The position numbers were made by a program, and so were the translations under genes. The notes beneath the pieces were generated by a model. The model saw nothing but the letters and a program-made list of their open reading frames with translations. It was not told the DNA's origin and did not search any database. From contig JBHGNT010000005.1 in NCBI GenBank assembly GCA_043228905.1, forward strand, positions 9,486,001 to 9,550,000: a stretch of 64,000 bases of DNA, given 5' to 3'. Of the stretch, positions 49,657 through 63,648 are shown piece by piece; position 1 is the stretch's first letter, and each line of letters opens with the position of its first letter. Origin of the DNA: Azolla caroliniana. Lineage: Eukaryota; Plantae; Polypodiophyta.

Positions 49657-52600
49657 ATGACGGCCTAACAACCAACTGGGCCGTCGTGAAGAGAGTCTGC
49701 GGCCGTTTTGACAAACGGCATGAGTGGGTCGATAAAGGCTCGATGGGGGCGGGTTCTGTTGCGGCAAGGAAGGTCGAGGTACCCCCACCGGCGCGAAGGG
49801 AAGAGACACGAGACTAGCTCGTCCGGAGGAGCGGCTCTAAAGGAGCTGACTCAGATGGTGAGGGACTCCAGATTGCGCAAGCACGGAGGGACGGCAGCGA
49901 ACAAGTCCATGACCGAAGGCCTCCGGTTGGGAACCACTGCTTGTGGTGCAACGCGGTCGGCCACACCCGAAAGGACTGTGGGAACTTCGCCGAAGCGATA
50001 AGAGCTAACGCGGTGTACCTATGGAATGGTCGGGTGCACGCTAGCAAGACCTGAAGGGCCCTGGATCTGAATGTCAGACAAGGGGGTATGAAACGGCTGA
50101 TGGAGGAAGCGACGACTTGCCACGCGGAGACCGTCCACTACTCGGCGTTGGCTAGAATCCGGGTCGGAAGTGATGAAGACCGGAAGACAAAGGAAGCCGG
50201 ATTCTGGCCGGTGATGCTGGAAGGCCTCGCCGACGTAAGGCTGAGGGAAGAGGAAGCGGACCGCGCGGAAAGGTGACCCGGTCGAAGAGAAGACGGGCTT
50301 CGTGGAAGCCGCATGCCAGAACTACGAGGTTCTGGTGGAAGACAAGCGAGCGGGAAAGACCGGGGGTGTCAGACCCTCACAATGGTATGAGACCCGGTTC
50401 GAGCCGAAGAAGAATGATGTCGGTGCATTCGGCGCACCGGACAAGGCCAAGAAGGCCGGTTATCAGTTGAGCACGGAGATTGAAAGGACCACAGACCTAC
50501 GAAAGGTCCTGGAGGAACGGATCCTCAACAGCAAAGTGGAGTTGTCGCTGAGGGAAGTGCTCGGTATCGCCAAGAAGGAGTTCCACGACTCCATCGTAGA
50601 CTTGGTGAAGCGGAAAAGGCTTTCGACAGAGCTGAAGCCAGAGAAGCTGGTGGAGGTGCGAACAACGCACCTAGAAGACATGGCCCTAGAGGACGAATTG
50701 GCGAAAAACCACTACTCGAGGCTACATTGGGCTAGGGCCACTACGGAAACCCCTGTTCGGATCGGGGACGTCCAGGAGTCGGTGGTGGCGTTGGTAGACC
50801 ACGGTTCGGAGATCAACTTGATGTCCATGGACTTCTACAAGAAGGGAAAGTGGTCGATCAACACCAAGCACATGTGGAAGATACGGGCAACAACGCGCGC
50901 CACGGAGGAGCTACACGGAGCTTGCCCGAATGTACGAGTGAAAATCGGCGATGTCGAGATCGACCAACACTTCTTCGTGCAGGAGACGTCCTCGCATCCG
51001 GTGATACTCAGAGAACCGTACATCATGGCGGCGCGCATGGAGACAAAGGTGTTGGACAACGGTTCGTCATATGCACGAGTCAAGAGCCAAGATGGGCGTC
51101 ATTTGGTCCAGTTCCTGATGGTGTGACCGAACTATGAGCATAACCACAAGACCCTCGGTGGCGAAAACCGAGGGATTTTTAGAGAGGACTATCAAGGCGT
51201 GGGGCCGCAATAGTCCGGACACCCCGGAAAAACCCCACAGATGTACTATAGGCAAAAAGACTTGTACCATAGGTAGGAAATTTTGGTTCTCCAATAGTGG
51301 AGGTTGTATGATAGCTGGCGTAGTTGGCCGGGAAAAGAAGCGGGCGGAGGAGCGACTTCGGGCATGCGGAGTTCTCGGCCCTGAAGAGGAAATCAACGCA
51401 GCCGTGGAGGCGGTGTCTTTCGACGACACCTTGGGGAAGTTACGGGAGGTGTTCGGAGAAGGCCTTAATGAGGACCGAACGATCCCGGTATGTTCGGAAA
51501 AGATGTACGAAGTCATCGCCGACTTCGGTAGTGGACTCGAGTCGGATCAGACGGCCCGAGTGGATACAAGGTACAAGACTGTGGACTGGAAGGTGAGGCC
51601 AATCGCGGCACCCTTGCCAGAGGGCAGCGAGTTACGGATAAAGGGGGTCGCGTCGGACCCAAGTTTACGAGATCCGGCCAGCATAGGACACACGTTCACC
51701 GACACAACGCTACGGGAGCTCAAGATCGGTGGGGCTAGCTTTCTACTGCCGGTGGAAGAGGACCAGTTTCGGAGAATGCTCGGGAGGCACGGGAAGGCTT
51801 TCACATTCTCACCTGAGGAGATCGTGTGCGTAGACCCGACGGTTGTGGAACCAATGGTGATCTTTAGGGTACCGCATGTGCTATGGAATCTCAAACCGAT
51901 TCCGGTACCCAGAGCTCACATCCCGAAGCTGATGGAGTTGCTGAAACAAAAGCTGGAGATGGGCATCCTCGAACCGTCAAGTGCCCCATACTCAAATCGG
52001 TGGTTTACTATGCCAAAGAAGAATGGCACGTTGCGCTTTATTCAAGACTTGTAGTCGGTCAACAAGGTGACCATTCGGAACGCAGGAATCGGACCGACTA
52101 TAGACGAGTTCGCGAAGGCCTTCGTGGGGAGGTCGATCTACTTAGTCGGTGCTTTGTACTCGGGGTACGATCAGTTCCAACTAGCCGTAGAGAGCAGGGA
52201 TGTCACAACGATGCGAACTCCTCTCGGCCTAGTTTGGATGTGTACCCTACCGCAAGGGGGAACGAACTCGGTGGCGCACATGGTGAATGCGATGAACAAA
52301 GTGTTGAGGGATTTCATACCCGACATCACCATGTTGTTCCTGGACGACATCCCGATCAAAGGCTGTCTGGTGGAGGACAAGGACGAGTCAGTCGGGCCCA
52401 ATGGTTGCCGGAAGTTCGTGACGGATCACATCCGCGACTGCGAGAAGGTGCTACAAAGACTTGAGAGAAAAACCAGCCTTCGGACAGCCGGAGATCCTGG
52501 TAGTCAGACACCTGTGTGGGCCTTATGGCCGAAAGTCGTCCCCAGCGAAGGTAGAAGCCATCTCCACGATGAAGGATGATTGTGGGTCGGTCACGGAGGT

Positions 52601-53950
52601 CCGAAGGATCCTTGGGGCATGTGCGTTCTATCACATATGGATTTCTGATCGAAGAAGTGATATGCCAGTACGGGTGCGTAGGTAAGATCATGGCCAACCG
52701 CGGGGAATTGGACGCGCAAGAGGTGCAAGAGGCGGAAGAGCTGTTTGACCGGCTAGGAATTAAACTCTCGCTCACCACCGCGTACAATCCAGAGGCTAAC
52801 GGGAAGGTGGAGAGCGGACATAGACCGATCATCAAAGCATTGGTACAAGTGTGTGGAGGCCATGTCAGGAACTGGCTGCGGCTCTTACCCTACGCGTTGT
52901 GGGCGGACCGAACCACACACAGTTTGGTAACCGGGTTCATGCCGACAAAGCTAATGTACGGGCAGAAGCCGATCATGCCAACGGAGCAGACAATCTCCTC
53001 ATGGGCCACGGTGGACTGGAAAGACGAGATGAACCGGGAGGAGCTGTTAGCGGCACGGATTTGGCAGCTGAACCGAAGACCGGAGGACGTGGACCGAGCT
53101 GCGGAGAAGCTACGGGAGGCAAGGGTAAAAAACAAAGGACGGTTTTCGACTGGACTCACCGACTAAGACCAAAGAAGATCGAGGAAGGCGACTGGGTTCT
53201 AGTGTATGACAACAGCCTCGACAACCAGCACCGGGCAATGCGGAAGTTTGCAAGAAGGTGGTTCGGGCCTTATGTGGTGACAAGCGCCAACGGCAATGGG
53301 ACCTAGTATCTCGCGGAGCTCGACGGGACAAGGATGGCGGTACCGGTGGCGGGGAAAAGGATCAAGGCATTCAAAAAGCGGCACGAGGCTGAACCGGACC
53401 CGGACGACCTAGATAGCGAGAACGACCGGCTTGGAACGGATGACGATCCGGAAGACGAAGGATAAGCGTGGGCCGGTCTTTTCCGGCAGAAGTCTAATTT
53501 TGGCGCATACTAGTGGATGCGCAGTTAGGTGGGGGCGGATGTCGTGGAGAAAACCATCCCTAGGCGGAAACCAGGTATAACGTGCGTAAACCGGCACTTA
53601 CACGTGGGCACAAGTTTTGTTGTGTAGTACGCAGATAGGTACAAGTCAAGGGGGTAAAATCCTAGGTAGCACACATTCAGTAGGGAGAAAATCGAGGCGT
53701 ATCCCTATCCGAAAGGACAGGGAATAGACATGATGTAACGGGTGGTAACGGCCTCCCTACTTGGGCTATAAAAGAGAGGGAAAGGTAACAGCCTCCCTCC
53801 TTGGGCTATAAAAGAGAGGGAGAGGACGAAGTGCTGCCGCACTGGAACCGAGCTCTTCTGTCTTCTCCATAGTCATTCTGTGCAGGTTTCGGGAGGCTGA
53901 CTCTGGTTCGCGGAACGCCCGAGTGCTTCCGGCAAAGTCTCCATCTCGCG

Positions 53951-53994
<44 letters not shown>

Positions 53995-54234
53995 GCGTCG
54001 GAGCCTGTCACTCGCCGGCTGGCCGGTTGTAACTCCTCGATATACATATAAATATATATACATTCGTTCTATCTCCATTGTCCAGGGCTAGTCGCAACTC
54101 CTGTGAATCGGTGTGTTTGTGCCCATGTGAAGCACATCTATAGTTTCCTTCCCCTCTTCTCATTAGGCAATTTCTCAGTCCAAGGCCCCCGTGATCCCGC
54201 CTCATTCTCCACGCATGCGCGTAACAACACGACA
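49657..54234 (+). mobile_element. Gypsy element O (D-like termini), 5' truncated
   Basis: gag remnant, protease VALVDHGSEIN, RT PYSNRWF..YSGYDQ..LPQG.TNS..FLDD. A deletion near 52640 removes RH. INT AYNPEANG..WFGPY. PPT GGTGGGGGCGGA. LTR 53540-54234 (TGTCGTG...CACGACA). Confidence 0.88.
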
Positions 54235-56455
54235 ACGTCGTACTGTGGGCATAGGTCTGTTCAGTATATTGTATTCACACTGCTCGATCGTGTGTGCCTT
54301 TGAGTGACAAATTGGGTAGTGAATTCGCATATTGCATTCCACCGCGGAATGCCCGGAATTGAGGCAAATCGTGCACTGAATAGCTTAACGAAAGTGGCGT
54401 TCCTCGTCCTAAGGCAACGCCTATTGTAACGAGGATAGAGAAAATCCTTCCTCCTCTTCGTCCAACTCAAGTTGTAACACTCGCTCGATGACCATGTCGG
54501 TTGTTTCCCCTTTCACACTACGTGTGTTGAGCGTCGTCCTGATAGGTCGCCGCAGGGCTGTCAAAAATGTCTCCCTAGCCTCGTCATCTATCGAGGCCTG
54601 TTCTAATTTCCATCGTAGATTTTGGAAACGTAAGCTAAATTCCACGAAAGATTCTGCTAGCAGTTGCTTGATTGTGTAGAACTGTCTGATGATTTCGTGT
54701 TGAGGTACCCTCCGATGAAAAAATCGCAGAAATGCTGACTACAATTGGTCGAAGGTGTTGATTGCTGGTAGATCCATCTGCGAATGCCAAAACACAGCTC
54801 TACCATCCAAAGTTAAACCAAACTCTGTCATCTTTGACTGGTGCGCTTCCTCTTCTAGAAGTCGTCGCGCCATGTGATTCGCGTTCCAAACATTCAGGAA
54901 TAGCCGGATGTGGCTTGCGGTGTCTATTTCGCCATTAAAGCGTGGGTAGTAGAAGGCCATTTCAGACGCTATGGTAGGCAGGGGAAGATCATGGTACTCG
55001 TGTGGTGACAGAACTTCCTGCTTGACGTCGCGGTGTTGGGTGAGCGTGGAGTCAACTTTGTGGTCCGGACAAATATCACTGAGGCGAGGTTTTTGCCTTG
55101 TGTGCTCCTCTATCTAGCGTGTGATTGACCTCGTGAGTGGTCGGACTTGTCGGGTTGGTTCTTTGGGCCGTCTACGGCTAGACATCCATCCCTCGTTGCT
55201 CGTCTGCGAGAAATCACAAATCACCAGGCGTGCCAAACGTGTTACCGATTAGGAACACTGTCTACGCTCAGTCCTTCGAGGTAGACCCCAAGGTGACTGT
55301 GCTTACAAGAGGTGGAACCGTCCTATCATAAATCGTAATGGGATACCACCTCATATTCGGGTAGCATATAAGGGAGACGGTTACAACCGAACTCCCTAAG
55401 AAGTGCACTAGTATACGCACTTATGCTTGCACACACTGACGATTAAACAGTAAGTAACAGAGAAACAATGAACGGCCACACAGATAGTCACAGATATGCA
55501 CAGAGATCAGAGAAGATAGTATTCTATTAGAAAAACGTTATGCACTCCAAATTACACGCTACCTCTTACAGAGGATTTCTGCCCTTTATATACACAAGGC
55601 GTTTAGCCGTTCACGCTTCCGGCGTGAACCATTACATTCGCTTCTTAACACTTTACTATATTATAATATTTTTGTGCTTCTGTCCATCGGTTATGATTCC
55701 GGTGGACAACACCACCAATTGAGGCATTTTTTGTTGGTCCCCATACATCTTATGTACCAAATCCAAAATATTTGTGCTTATATGTCCTTCATGAGGGAAA
55801 GGCAACCTGTTTTGTGTTCCATATTGACATGCTTCACATATTTTGTGCATTTCATAGTCTTTCAACTTAGGCAATCCAACCACTGCATTTTTTCTCAACA
55901 TATTTTTCAAGGTTTGCATACTTATGTGTCCCATTCATTTATGTCACATTTCTACATATGAGATTATATTCATTCCACCTGCAAACATGGTTGTAATCTT
56001 TTTAGGCATATCCACATCTAAGACAAACATTCTTCCTTGACGTTTTCCGTTTACAATTAGCTTTCCATGTTTCTCTATAAAGCACCCACTTTGCTTAAAC
56101 TTTACTTGCGTTCCTTGCTCTTCTATCTATTCAACAGAACTCAGATTTTTTGCAAGGTTTGGAACATGCATAACATTCCGTATATACTTTGTTTTTCCTT
56201 TTTCTTCCCACAATGGTTTATCTCCAACATGCTTGATTTGGTCAGTAGTATTATCACATGTTTGTACATAACTAGGAATCTCTGGTTCTCTTTGACTTTC
56301 AAACCAGTTTGCATGTCCAGTCATATGATTAGATGCCCTAGAATCTACATCTTTGTGAACATTCAGCCATTGTTGCTATTTCATGCTACATCACAAATGC
56401 ACCATCTTTATCACAGTTTTCACTAGTTAAAGCATACTTATTTTGATGTCTCTTC

Positions 56456-58210
56456 TGTGAAAGTTAGCGTGAGGAAGCTTGACAAAACCGGATTAGCCAG
56501 GCAACAACAGAGAATAGAAAACACAGGTTCAATGGAAGCTTGAGAATATTTAGCATACATAGGAGAGACAAAGGGAGAGCAGAACATAAAACTCTATACT
56601 AAAATAATAATCCTCTGTGTGTACATAGAATGTGGTTAGAGAGCACTTGTATATACAAGTCCATAAAGGACTGACAGAAGTACTCGCGGGTACTTCAATG
56701 CTCATACGAGAAACTGACATTGACTCCCAAAAATATGCCTACGTACTAGGCTAGACCCGTAGGCCTCTAACGGCCTACCAGTTTCAATCTGATTCGGCTC
56801 TATGATCCGGCTCCTGGTTCCGGATATCATTCGGACATTGATCCGATTCTCCGTTCCGGATATCGATCCGGCTCTAGCTTATTCAGCTAATCCGGATCTG
56901 GTTGAGCTTGCTCGCTCAACACTCCCCCTCAAGCTCAACTAGAGGTCGGATCGTGGTGTCAGTGTCTGCAGTAGCCAATCCTTTCCTCCGGCTCCTTCTG
57001 ACGTTATCCCACCTTGCTTGCGCTCCTAGTCCGGTCCGGTCCTGCTTCCCACGACCCATCCGGTTCTGCGCACCTCATCCTCCTTGGTTGGCTTGTCTAC
57101 TCAGTAGGCCCATCTCAACAACTTCGTTGTTATGACTCCGGCGCTTGTCGACCCATCGGTTCCTCCGTGTCGGTGTCGGTGTCGACTTTCGCTTGGCCTT
57201 TAGTTGATCCCGCTCTTCCGAATCCAACTTTTGAACTGAATCGGCTTCCTTCGATTCATTCCAGCTCTTGTCTGAGTTGGTAGTCTCCAACTCGTCTTCC
57301 GTTTTTAGGCCCTTCACCACATCGGACCACATTTGGGTCTTGGCCTTCTTCCAGTCGGCTCTATCCTTCTTGACTCTGCCGCCACTTCCGCTTGCTCCAA
57401 CTTGTTCGGATGTGCCGACTTCTTTGGTCGGCTCGGCTTCCTTTATCTACTCATCTCCCCCCTTGGTTCTTTCTTCCTCTCCGGCTCCTTGTCCGGTGCC
57501 ATCCGTTCCCATTCCTGTTCTCCCCCTCAAGTGCGGCACATCGAGATGTTGAATGTTGAGCATCTCCGAAAAAGGTTGCAGCTTGCCCGATCCGAGCAGC
57601 TTGGTGAAGATGTCGGCAACCTGCCGATCCGTGTGAACATACTAAAGTTCAACTTCACCGCTCAGGACCCTCTCATGAACAAAGTGATAATGCACTTCTA
57701 TGTGCTTTGTCCGAGCATGGAATATAGGGTTCTTGGCGAGTTGTATGTTGCTTACATTGTCACAATAAATAAGGATGGGGGTCAGCACCTCGATCCGGAG
57801 GTCTCGTAGCAATCGCCGAAGCCAGATGGCTTCACAAGTGGCAATGGTAACGCCGCAGTACTCACCCTCAGTGCTCGACAGAGCCACTGTTGGTTGCTTT
57901 TTGCTGCTCCCTGCAACAGCCGTGCTACCAAAAGAAAACATGTAACCAGAGGTGGATCGATGATCAGATGCATCACAAGCCCAGTCAGCATCAGTATATC
58001 CGACTAGCTTCCCAACTAAATTGTGTCGGTATAACAGCCCTCGGTCCTTCGTGCCGCTCACATATCGCAATAGTCGATGTGCGCATTGAAGGTGCTCCAC
58101 GGTCGGCTTCTACATAAACTGGTTTATCACCCCGATTAGATAACTGATGTCAGGTTGGGTGATCGTCAAGTATATAAGGCTTCCGACAATTTGTCAGAAC
58201 CGTTTCTCAT
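56456..58210 (-). mobile_element. Copia K (family C) 3' end
   Basis: LTR about 56456-56921 resembles the C LTR. PPT at 56922. RT end/RH 57520-58210. Interrupted by L. Confidence 0.85.
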
Positions 58211-60649
58211 TATAAAGAATCGATGGTGATTCTTGTGCAGAGGAATAGATATGTGTGTTGTGTGTGTGAGAGAGAGACAGAGAAATAGAGGACAGAAGAG
58301 AACACAAGATAGATAAGCAAGAGAAATAAAATACTCAAGAAGAAGGTGTATATTTCACAAGTAGAATGGAGATACAAAATTGTAGCATTACAAGGAATCA
58401 CAACCGACTTTTTATAAAGTGTGAGGAGGGTGCTTTATATATAGTCACCCTCACTCTTCATTAACTAACTACAACAACCACTCTCTCTCTTGGGGAATGT
58501 GAAGACTCATAGTCACGGGGAATATGTAACTCATTAGTTATGTGTCATAGAATATGATTCTATGACACATAGTTAATGTGTAGAGAGTAGTGATGTGACT
58601 CTTGACCTTTGAGTAATCATGGATTCTCAAAAGGTGTGTTCACATGTTGTGTTATGTTGAGCTTGATTCTCAACACGCCCCCCTCAAGCTCAACTCAGGT
58701 TGGTTCCTTTCGATTGATGTCCGCTTCGGTTGGTATCCGGTTCGGACGATCTCTGGTGTCCGCTTCGGCTTGTACCCGGTTCGGACGATATCCAATTCTC
58801 GCCTATACTCCCCCTCAAGCTTGGCAAGTCAGGGATCGTCAATCCAAGGTTTGACATGAATTGCTGAAGCTTGTCGGTTCCTAGGGCCTTGGTGAAGATG
58901 TCGGTTGTCTGAAGATTCGTGTTGATGTGTAGAAGATCGACATCTCCGACCTGTATGCGCTCTCGAATGAAGTGATAGTGCACTTCAATATGCTTTGTGC
59001 ACACGTGGAACACCGGGTTCCAAGCCAGATATATGTTGCTCATGTTGTCGCAGTAAATGGGAGTTGGATCCTTGATGGGGACGCCAAGATCCTTCAAAAT
59101 CCTCTAGAGCCATACGGCTTCACATGCAGCTACGGTTGCGCCCCTGTATTCGGCCTCCGTACTCGAAAGTGCGACGGTCGGCAGCTTCTTACTACTCCAA
59201 GATAGTGCTCCGCTACCGAGCGAGAAGAAAAATCCGGAGGTCGATCGTAGATCGGCTTTGTAGCCGACCCAGTCTACGTCAGTGTACCCTTCGAGTCGTA
59301 TTGGTGAGGCCAATTTGTAGAGAATATTGTAATCCATTGTCTCGCTCTCGTATCGTAATACTCGCTTAGCGCAATCCAAGTGAATGTCACGTGGTTTTTG
59401 CATGAATTGGCTAAGGAGTTCGATTGGATAGCTAAGGTCGGGTCGAGTGATCGTGAGATAGATGAGGCTCCCGATCAGTTGACGATATTGGATCGGCTTG
59501 CACTCATCTGTGCCAGAGTCAACATCTAGTTTGAGGTTTCGATCGAGAGGCGTATCGATTGATTTACACTCAATCATCCCGAACTTGTATAACAAGTTAA
59601 GGATGTAGTGTTGTTGACAAATCATAATGCTCGTCGGAATGCGAATTACTTCGATGCCAAGGAAGTAATAGAGCTCCTTCATGTCCGTCGTCTCGAATTT
59701 TCCGGAGAGGAGGGACTTGACCTTGTTGATGTCGACTAGACTTTGACCTCCAATGACCAGATCATCCACGTATAGTATGATGACAATTAGGCTTCTAGAG
59801 TCATGTTGTACATAGAGGGAGTTGTCAGATTTTGAGATTTGAAAGCCGATTTGATGAAGATATTGCGTAATCTTCGAATGCCAAGCACGCGGTGCTTGCT
59901 TGAGGCCGTAGAGTGGCTTCTTGAGTCGGCAAACAGCTTTCGAATGAGTATGCGATTCAAAACCGGGTGGTTGTACCATGTACACCTCCTCTTCTAATTC
60001 GCCTTGAAGAAAGGCGTTCTTGACGTCCATTTGGTGGAGGTGCCACCCTTTTGCTACTGCAAGTGCAATCACGGTCTGCACCGTTGTCACCTTTGCCACC
60101 AGGGCAAAGGTCTCTTCATAGTCGACTCCATGTGTTTGTGCGTATCCTTTCGCTACGAGTCGAGCTTTGTAGCGGTTGACGACGCCATCTGCATTATACT
60201 TCACCTTGTAGATCCATCTGCAGCCAATTACCTTCTTGTGCGGTGAGTGGGAAACGAGATCCCATATCTCATTCTTGCGTAATGCACGCATCTCCTCGTT
60301 CATTGCTTCGATCCATCGTGGGTCCGTCGCGGCTTCAGAAAAGGTTTCTGGCTCCCATACTATTGCCACCTTCATCATAAATGTGTAATGGTACACCAGG
60401 TATTCATTGTAGCCGAATCGGCTTACGGGGTTCTTTTCACGGGTGGATCGGGGGAGCTTCTCGTTTGTGGATTCTAAGGCTTTCTTCACTCCATTTGTTC
60501 GGATGTCAAAGCCTTCAAACTCACTATTGAGGGAGTGAGTCGATTCGATGCCATTGAAATGATCGTCTTCATACTCCGGCATTTTCGCCTTCCCTTTGTC
60601 CAGCTTCAGACTCGACCGAGATGTGCTTTGATCGCTCAGGGGCTCTTGT
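58211..60649 (-). mobile_element. Copia L 3' half
   Basis: LTR 58211-58675 and PPT GAGGGGGGCG. RT/RH 58800-60330 (YVDDL). Interrupted by the hAT element. Confidence 0.88.
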
Positions 60650-61157
60650 TAGGGATCGGCAACGGTTCGGTTTAGGCTTAGCCGGTTTGGCCTTATCCAA
60701 GCCAAACCGGCTAAGCCTAAACCGTTTAGGGATTTTCAAACCTAAACCGAACCGAACCCTAAACCGGTTTAGGCTAAACCGGTTTGGGCTAAACCGGTTT
60801 ATGAACCGGCTTGGTAAATGGTTTGTAAACCAGTTTGTAAACCGGTTTGTGAACTTCATAACACAATATTGTTACAATTTATCATTCAACTTCATAACAG
60901 AATTCCACTACAATTTATCATTGAACAATCCAAATGAAGAATGATAACAAGGCCTAGAGAAGAACAACAAGAAAACATAAAATTTAACTAATACAAGGCA
61001 AATTTAACTAATAGATAATTAAAGAAAAATAACGAGAAAAAATTGACTATTCCAAAAATGTTATCTATTCCCAAAATTGATCGTCTATTCCAAAAATGTT
61101 ATCTATTCCAAAAATTGATACTCATAATTGTCCCAAGTCATAATATTCCAAAAAAAA

Positions 61158-63323
61158 TCACTTGTCCAAGTACAAGTATTCAATAACATCATCCTCTACA
61201 ATAATCTCTTCTAAATTGATTTCTAAAGATTCATATGCATCATTAATATCTTGAGGAATTGGAATATTTATACTATCAAGCAGATCTATCCAAGATCGTA
61301 TGCACATCTCTGCCTTGAAAGTGCATGAATGCAACCGTTGCCTATCTTCGAAGTTATCACGAGCTTCGGAGTTAGCTTCCTCGGAAGGCACTGATGAAGC
61401 TGGAATAGCCAAATAATCGCATGCCATTTTATACATCCTTGGAAAAATGGATCTGTTTCAAATCATAAAAAGAGGTACTATCAAAATGTGTTCATTAATT
61501 ACCAACAATAACAAATTTGTTTAATACAACATGATGCAATATAGCTTGAAACCTGTTGGTAGACCACCAATGTAGAGGGTCTACGGTATTCTTCACTCGT
61601 GGAACCTTCAAGAAACCTTCAATTTCTGTCCGAGCTGATGATTCATGAGATTTCTCATTGTTCATATCCCAAACATCCAAAAAATCAAACGGAGATCCTT
61701 CGCATGCATCTTTGGATAGAGAATCTTCGACATTAGGATCATGATATTGGGTTGTCAAGAAACTGTGCACCAATTCTATATCGAGGTCTCTCTCAATTGG
61801 ATTAGGTGGTTTTGGAACTCTACACTCAAACAAAAGAACATATTAGTAAGAAAGAAAGATTAAAAAATGGGAAATTTCAATTAAAAACATTAGTACCTCG
61901 GGTCAACAAACATTGCGATTCGAGATGGAATAGATTTGAGGAATTCTTGGTACTTGATTAGATATTGTAAGCATTTGGTACTAGCCTCTTGTTGCACTTG
62001 AAGGGTAATCTTCTCAGAGGGTGAATCAACCGAGTTCATATCCATAGAAATATATTTATTACAATGCGCTAATAAGTTGTTGAATGCAAGCGCGGCTATT
62101 GAGAGGGTTGGATACTTTGACCCACTCAAGTAATTACAAATTTTAGCAGGCACAAGCAACCATTGTTCCATACTTTGTATATGACTCCAATCTTCTATGG
62201 AGAGTGTATGGTCCACAAACTCATTAGCAATGGCATTGTCACTTGTGGTACAAATCAAGACATCTCTTAATTTTAGGGATTGTTGATACATTATTAGGGT
62301 TGAATTCCATCTAGTAATGCAATCTACACATGGTGGTTCATGTTCTCCATTCTCATGCATGGTTTTTGAATATTTTTTAAATATAGCTCTACTCACTTTA
62401 CTTGTGCGTATAGAATGTAATGTCTTCCTTAACTTCATAGTAGAAGGAGTAATAACTTCTAATGCAGACTTTACACCTAGTTGATATGTATGCACCATGC
62501 ATCTTAACATATGTGATGATTGTAAAATGTCTTGTCCATGATGACTAAGTAATAACCTAGCTAATTCTTTTGATGCAACTAGAGATTCACTAGCACCATC
62601 AGAAGTTGTAGATAGAAGACGTGAAGAGATACCAAATGATTTTAGACGGGAGAATAAAGCTTTTCCGACACGTTTTCCTACCCCATCTCCCGGAAAGACA
62701 TCTAGGAAGTCTAAAAGCACACTAGTCGGCTTAGTAGACTCGAAACAAACAAAATGTAAAGTCATGGGATAAAATCCTTTCAAACTATTGTTTGTCCACC
62801 CATCAAATGTTATAGCATATCTAAAATTTTGTGAGGACAAATAAGTGATAACTAAATGGCGAAGAACAACATACATTCGTAACACTAATCTCTTAAGTGT
62901 ACGAGATGATTTAAGTTCATAAGTGGGCAAGACTTCATGCATTAATCTCTTAAAACTAGAAGACTCAATATGTGCATGAGGTAGCATTGATGTGACTATG
63001 TATCTAACAATAGTACTATCAAACTTCTTCTCTAGAGTACGAGATATACCTAATGTAGATGAAGTAGCATCTATGTTACTTTGGACAAGAACATTGCTAG
63101 AAGTTTGTGGTTGTGATGTGCTATTAATATTATGCTTATCTGATAAATGCTTGGCGATAGAACCTATAGATGTAGAGCTTGCCCACAACAAGTGACAATA
63201 GGCACATCGACGCTTGTATGCATCTCCATCCTTAATGGAGATCATGTGTTGCTCAGTCCATGATGTTCTTTTTCTTGCCTTTGTTTTGCCTCTAGGGGCT
63301 GATATTGATGTCGCCGACTCCAT
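61158..63323 (-). CDS. hAT transposase with BED finger, 3 exons: 63323-61897, 61819-61553, 61452-61158 (about 662 aa)
   Basis: BED CAYC..HLSDKH, ITFDGWT, TTSDGA, CMVH, TRWNST, and the hATC motif DYLAIPASSVPSE. GT-AG introns 61896-61820 and 61552-61453 preserve the frame. Confidence 0.85.
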
Positions 63324-63442
63324 ATAAATGTATGTGTGTTGATTGAGTTGGTCAGCAAAAGAGATAATGGTGGGTGCGTGTGCCTGACAATAAAATGTTG
63401 TTATATCAATAAGTGAACTTAAAATCCATTATGGATTATTAG

Positions 63443-63648
63443 TTTTACTTGGTTACATATGAATATGAATATGGTAAAAACCTATTCATATTCATATGTA
63501 ACCAAGTAAAAACCTATTTCCTTTATGTAGATGATTATGAATATGGTAAAAACCTATTCATATTCATATGTAACCAAGTAAAAACCTATTTCCTTTATGT
63601 AGATGATTATGAATATGGTAAAAACCTATTTCCTTTATGTAGATGATT
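63443..63648. repeat. 72-bp tandem repeat (63467, 63539, partial 63611) with a 29-bp inverted copy forming a hairpin
   Basis: TTTTACTTGGTTACATATGAATATGAATA (63443-63471) is the reverse complement of 63483-63511. Confidence 0.85.

Larger units (their letters stand above)
27501..55711 (-). mobile_element. Gypsy element E (tRNA-Arg PBS), outer shell of the nest
   Basis: Perfect TSD CCACC at 27496-27500 and 55712-55716. 5' LTR 55240-55711. Only 27501-27561 remains of the 3' LTR. PBS TGGCACGCCTGGT at about 55223-55235. gag remnant 54235-54960 is homologous to the gag of G. Confidence 0.88.
23936..56455 (-). mobile_element. Old AT-rich Copia J (pieces about 23936-27500 and 55712-56455), host of the central nest
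   Basis: 3' LTR about 23936-24322 and PPT GAGTGGGGAG. RH/RT 24430-26400 and INT 26740-27500. Integrase continues at 55712 across TSD CCACC. Protease VDSRASNHM near 56340. The left boundary is approximate. Confidence 0.85.

Noticed and set aside
53751-53820. Duplicated TATA block in the O LTR
   Set aside because: It is a real 40-bp-period duplication, but ordinary LTR variation with no second LTR available for comparison.
60569-60944. Repetitive NRF-rich ORFs
   Set aside because: They are translations of hAT subterminal AACCGGTT repeats.
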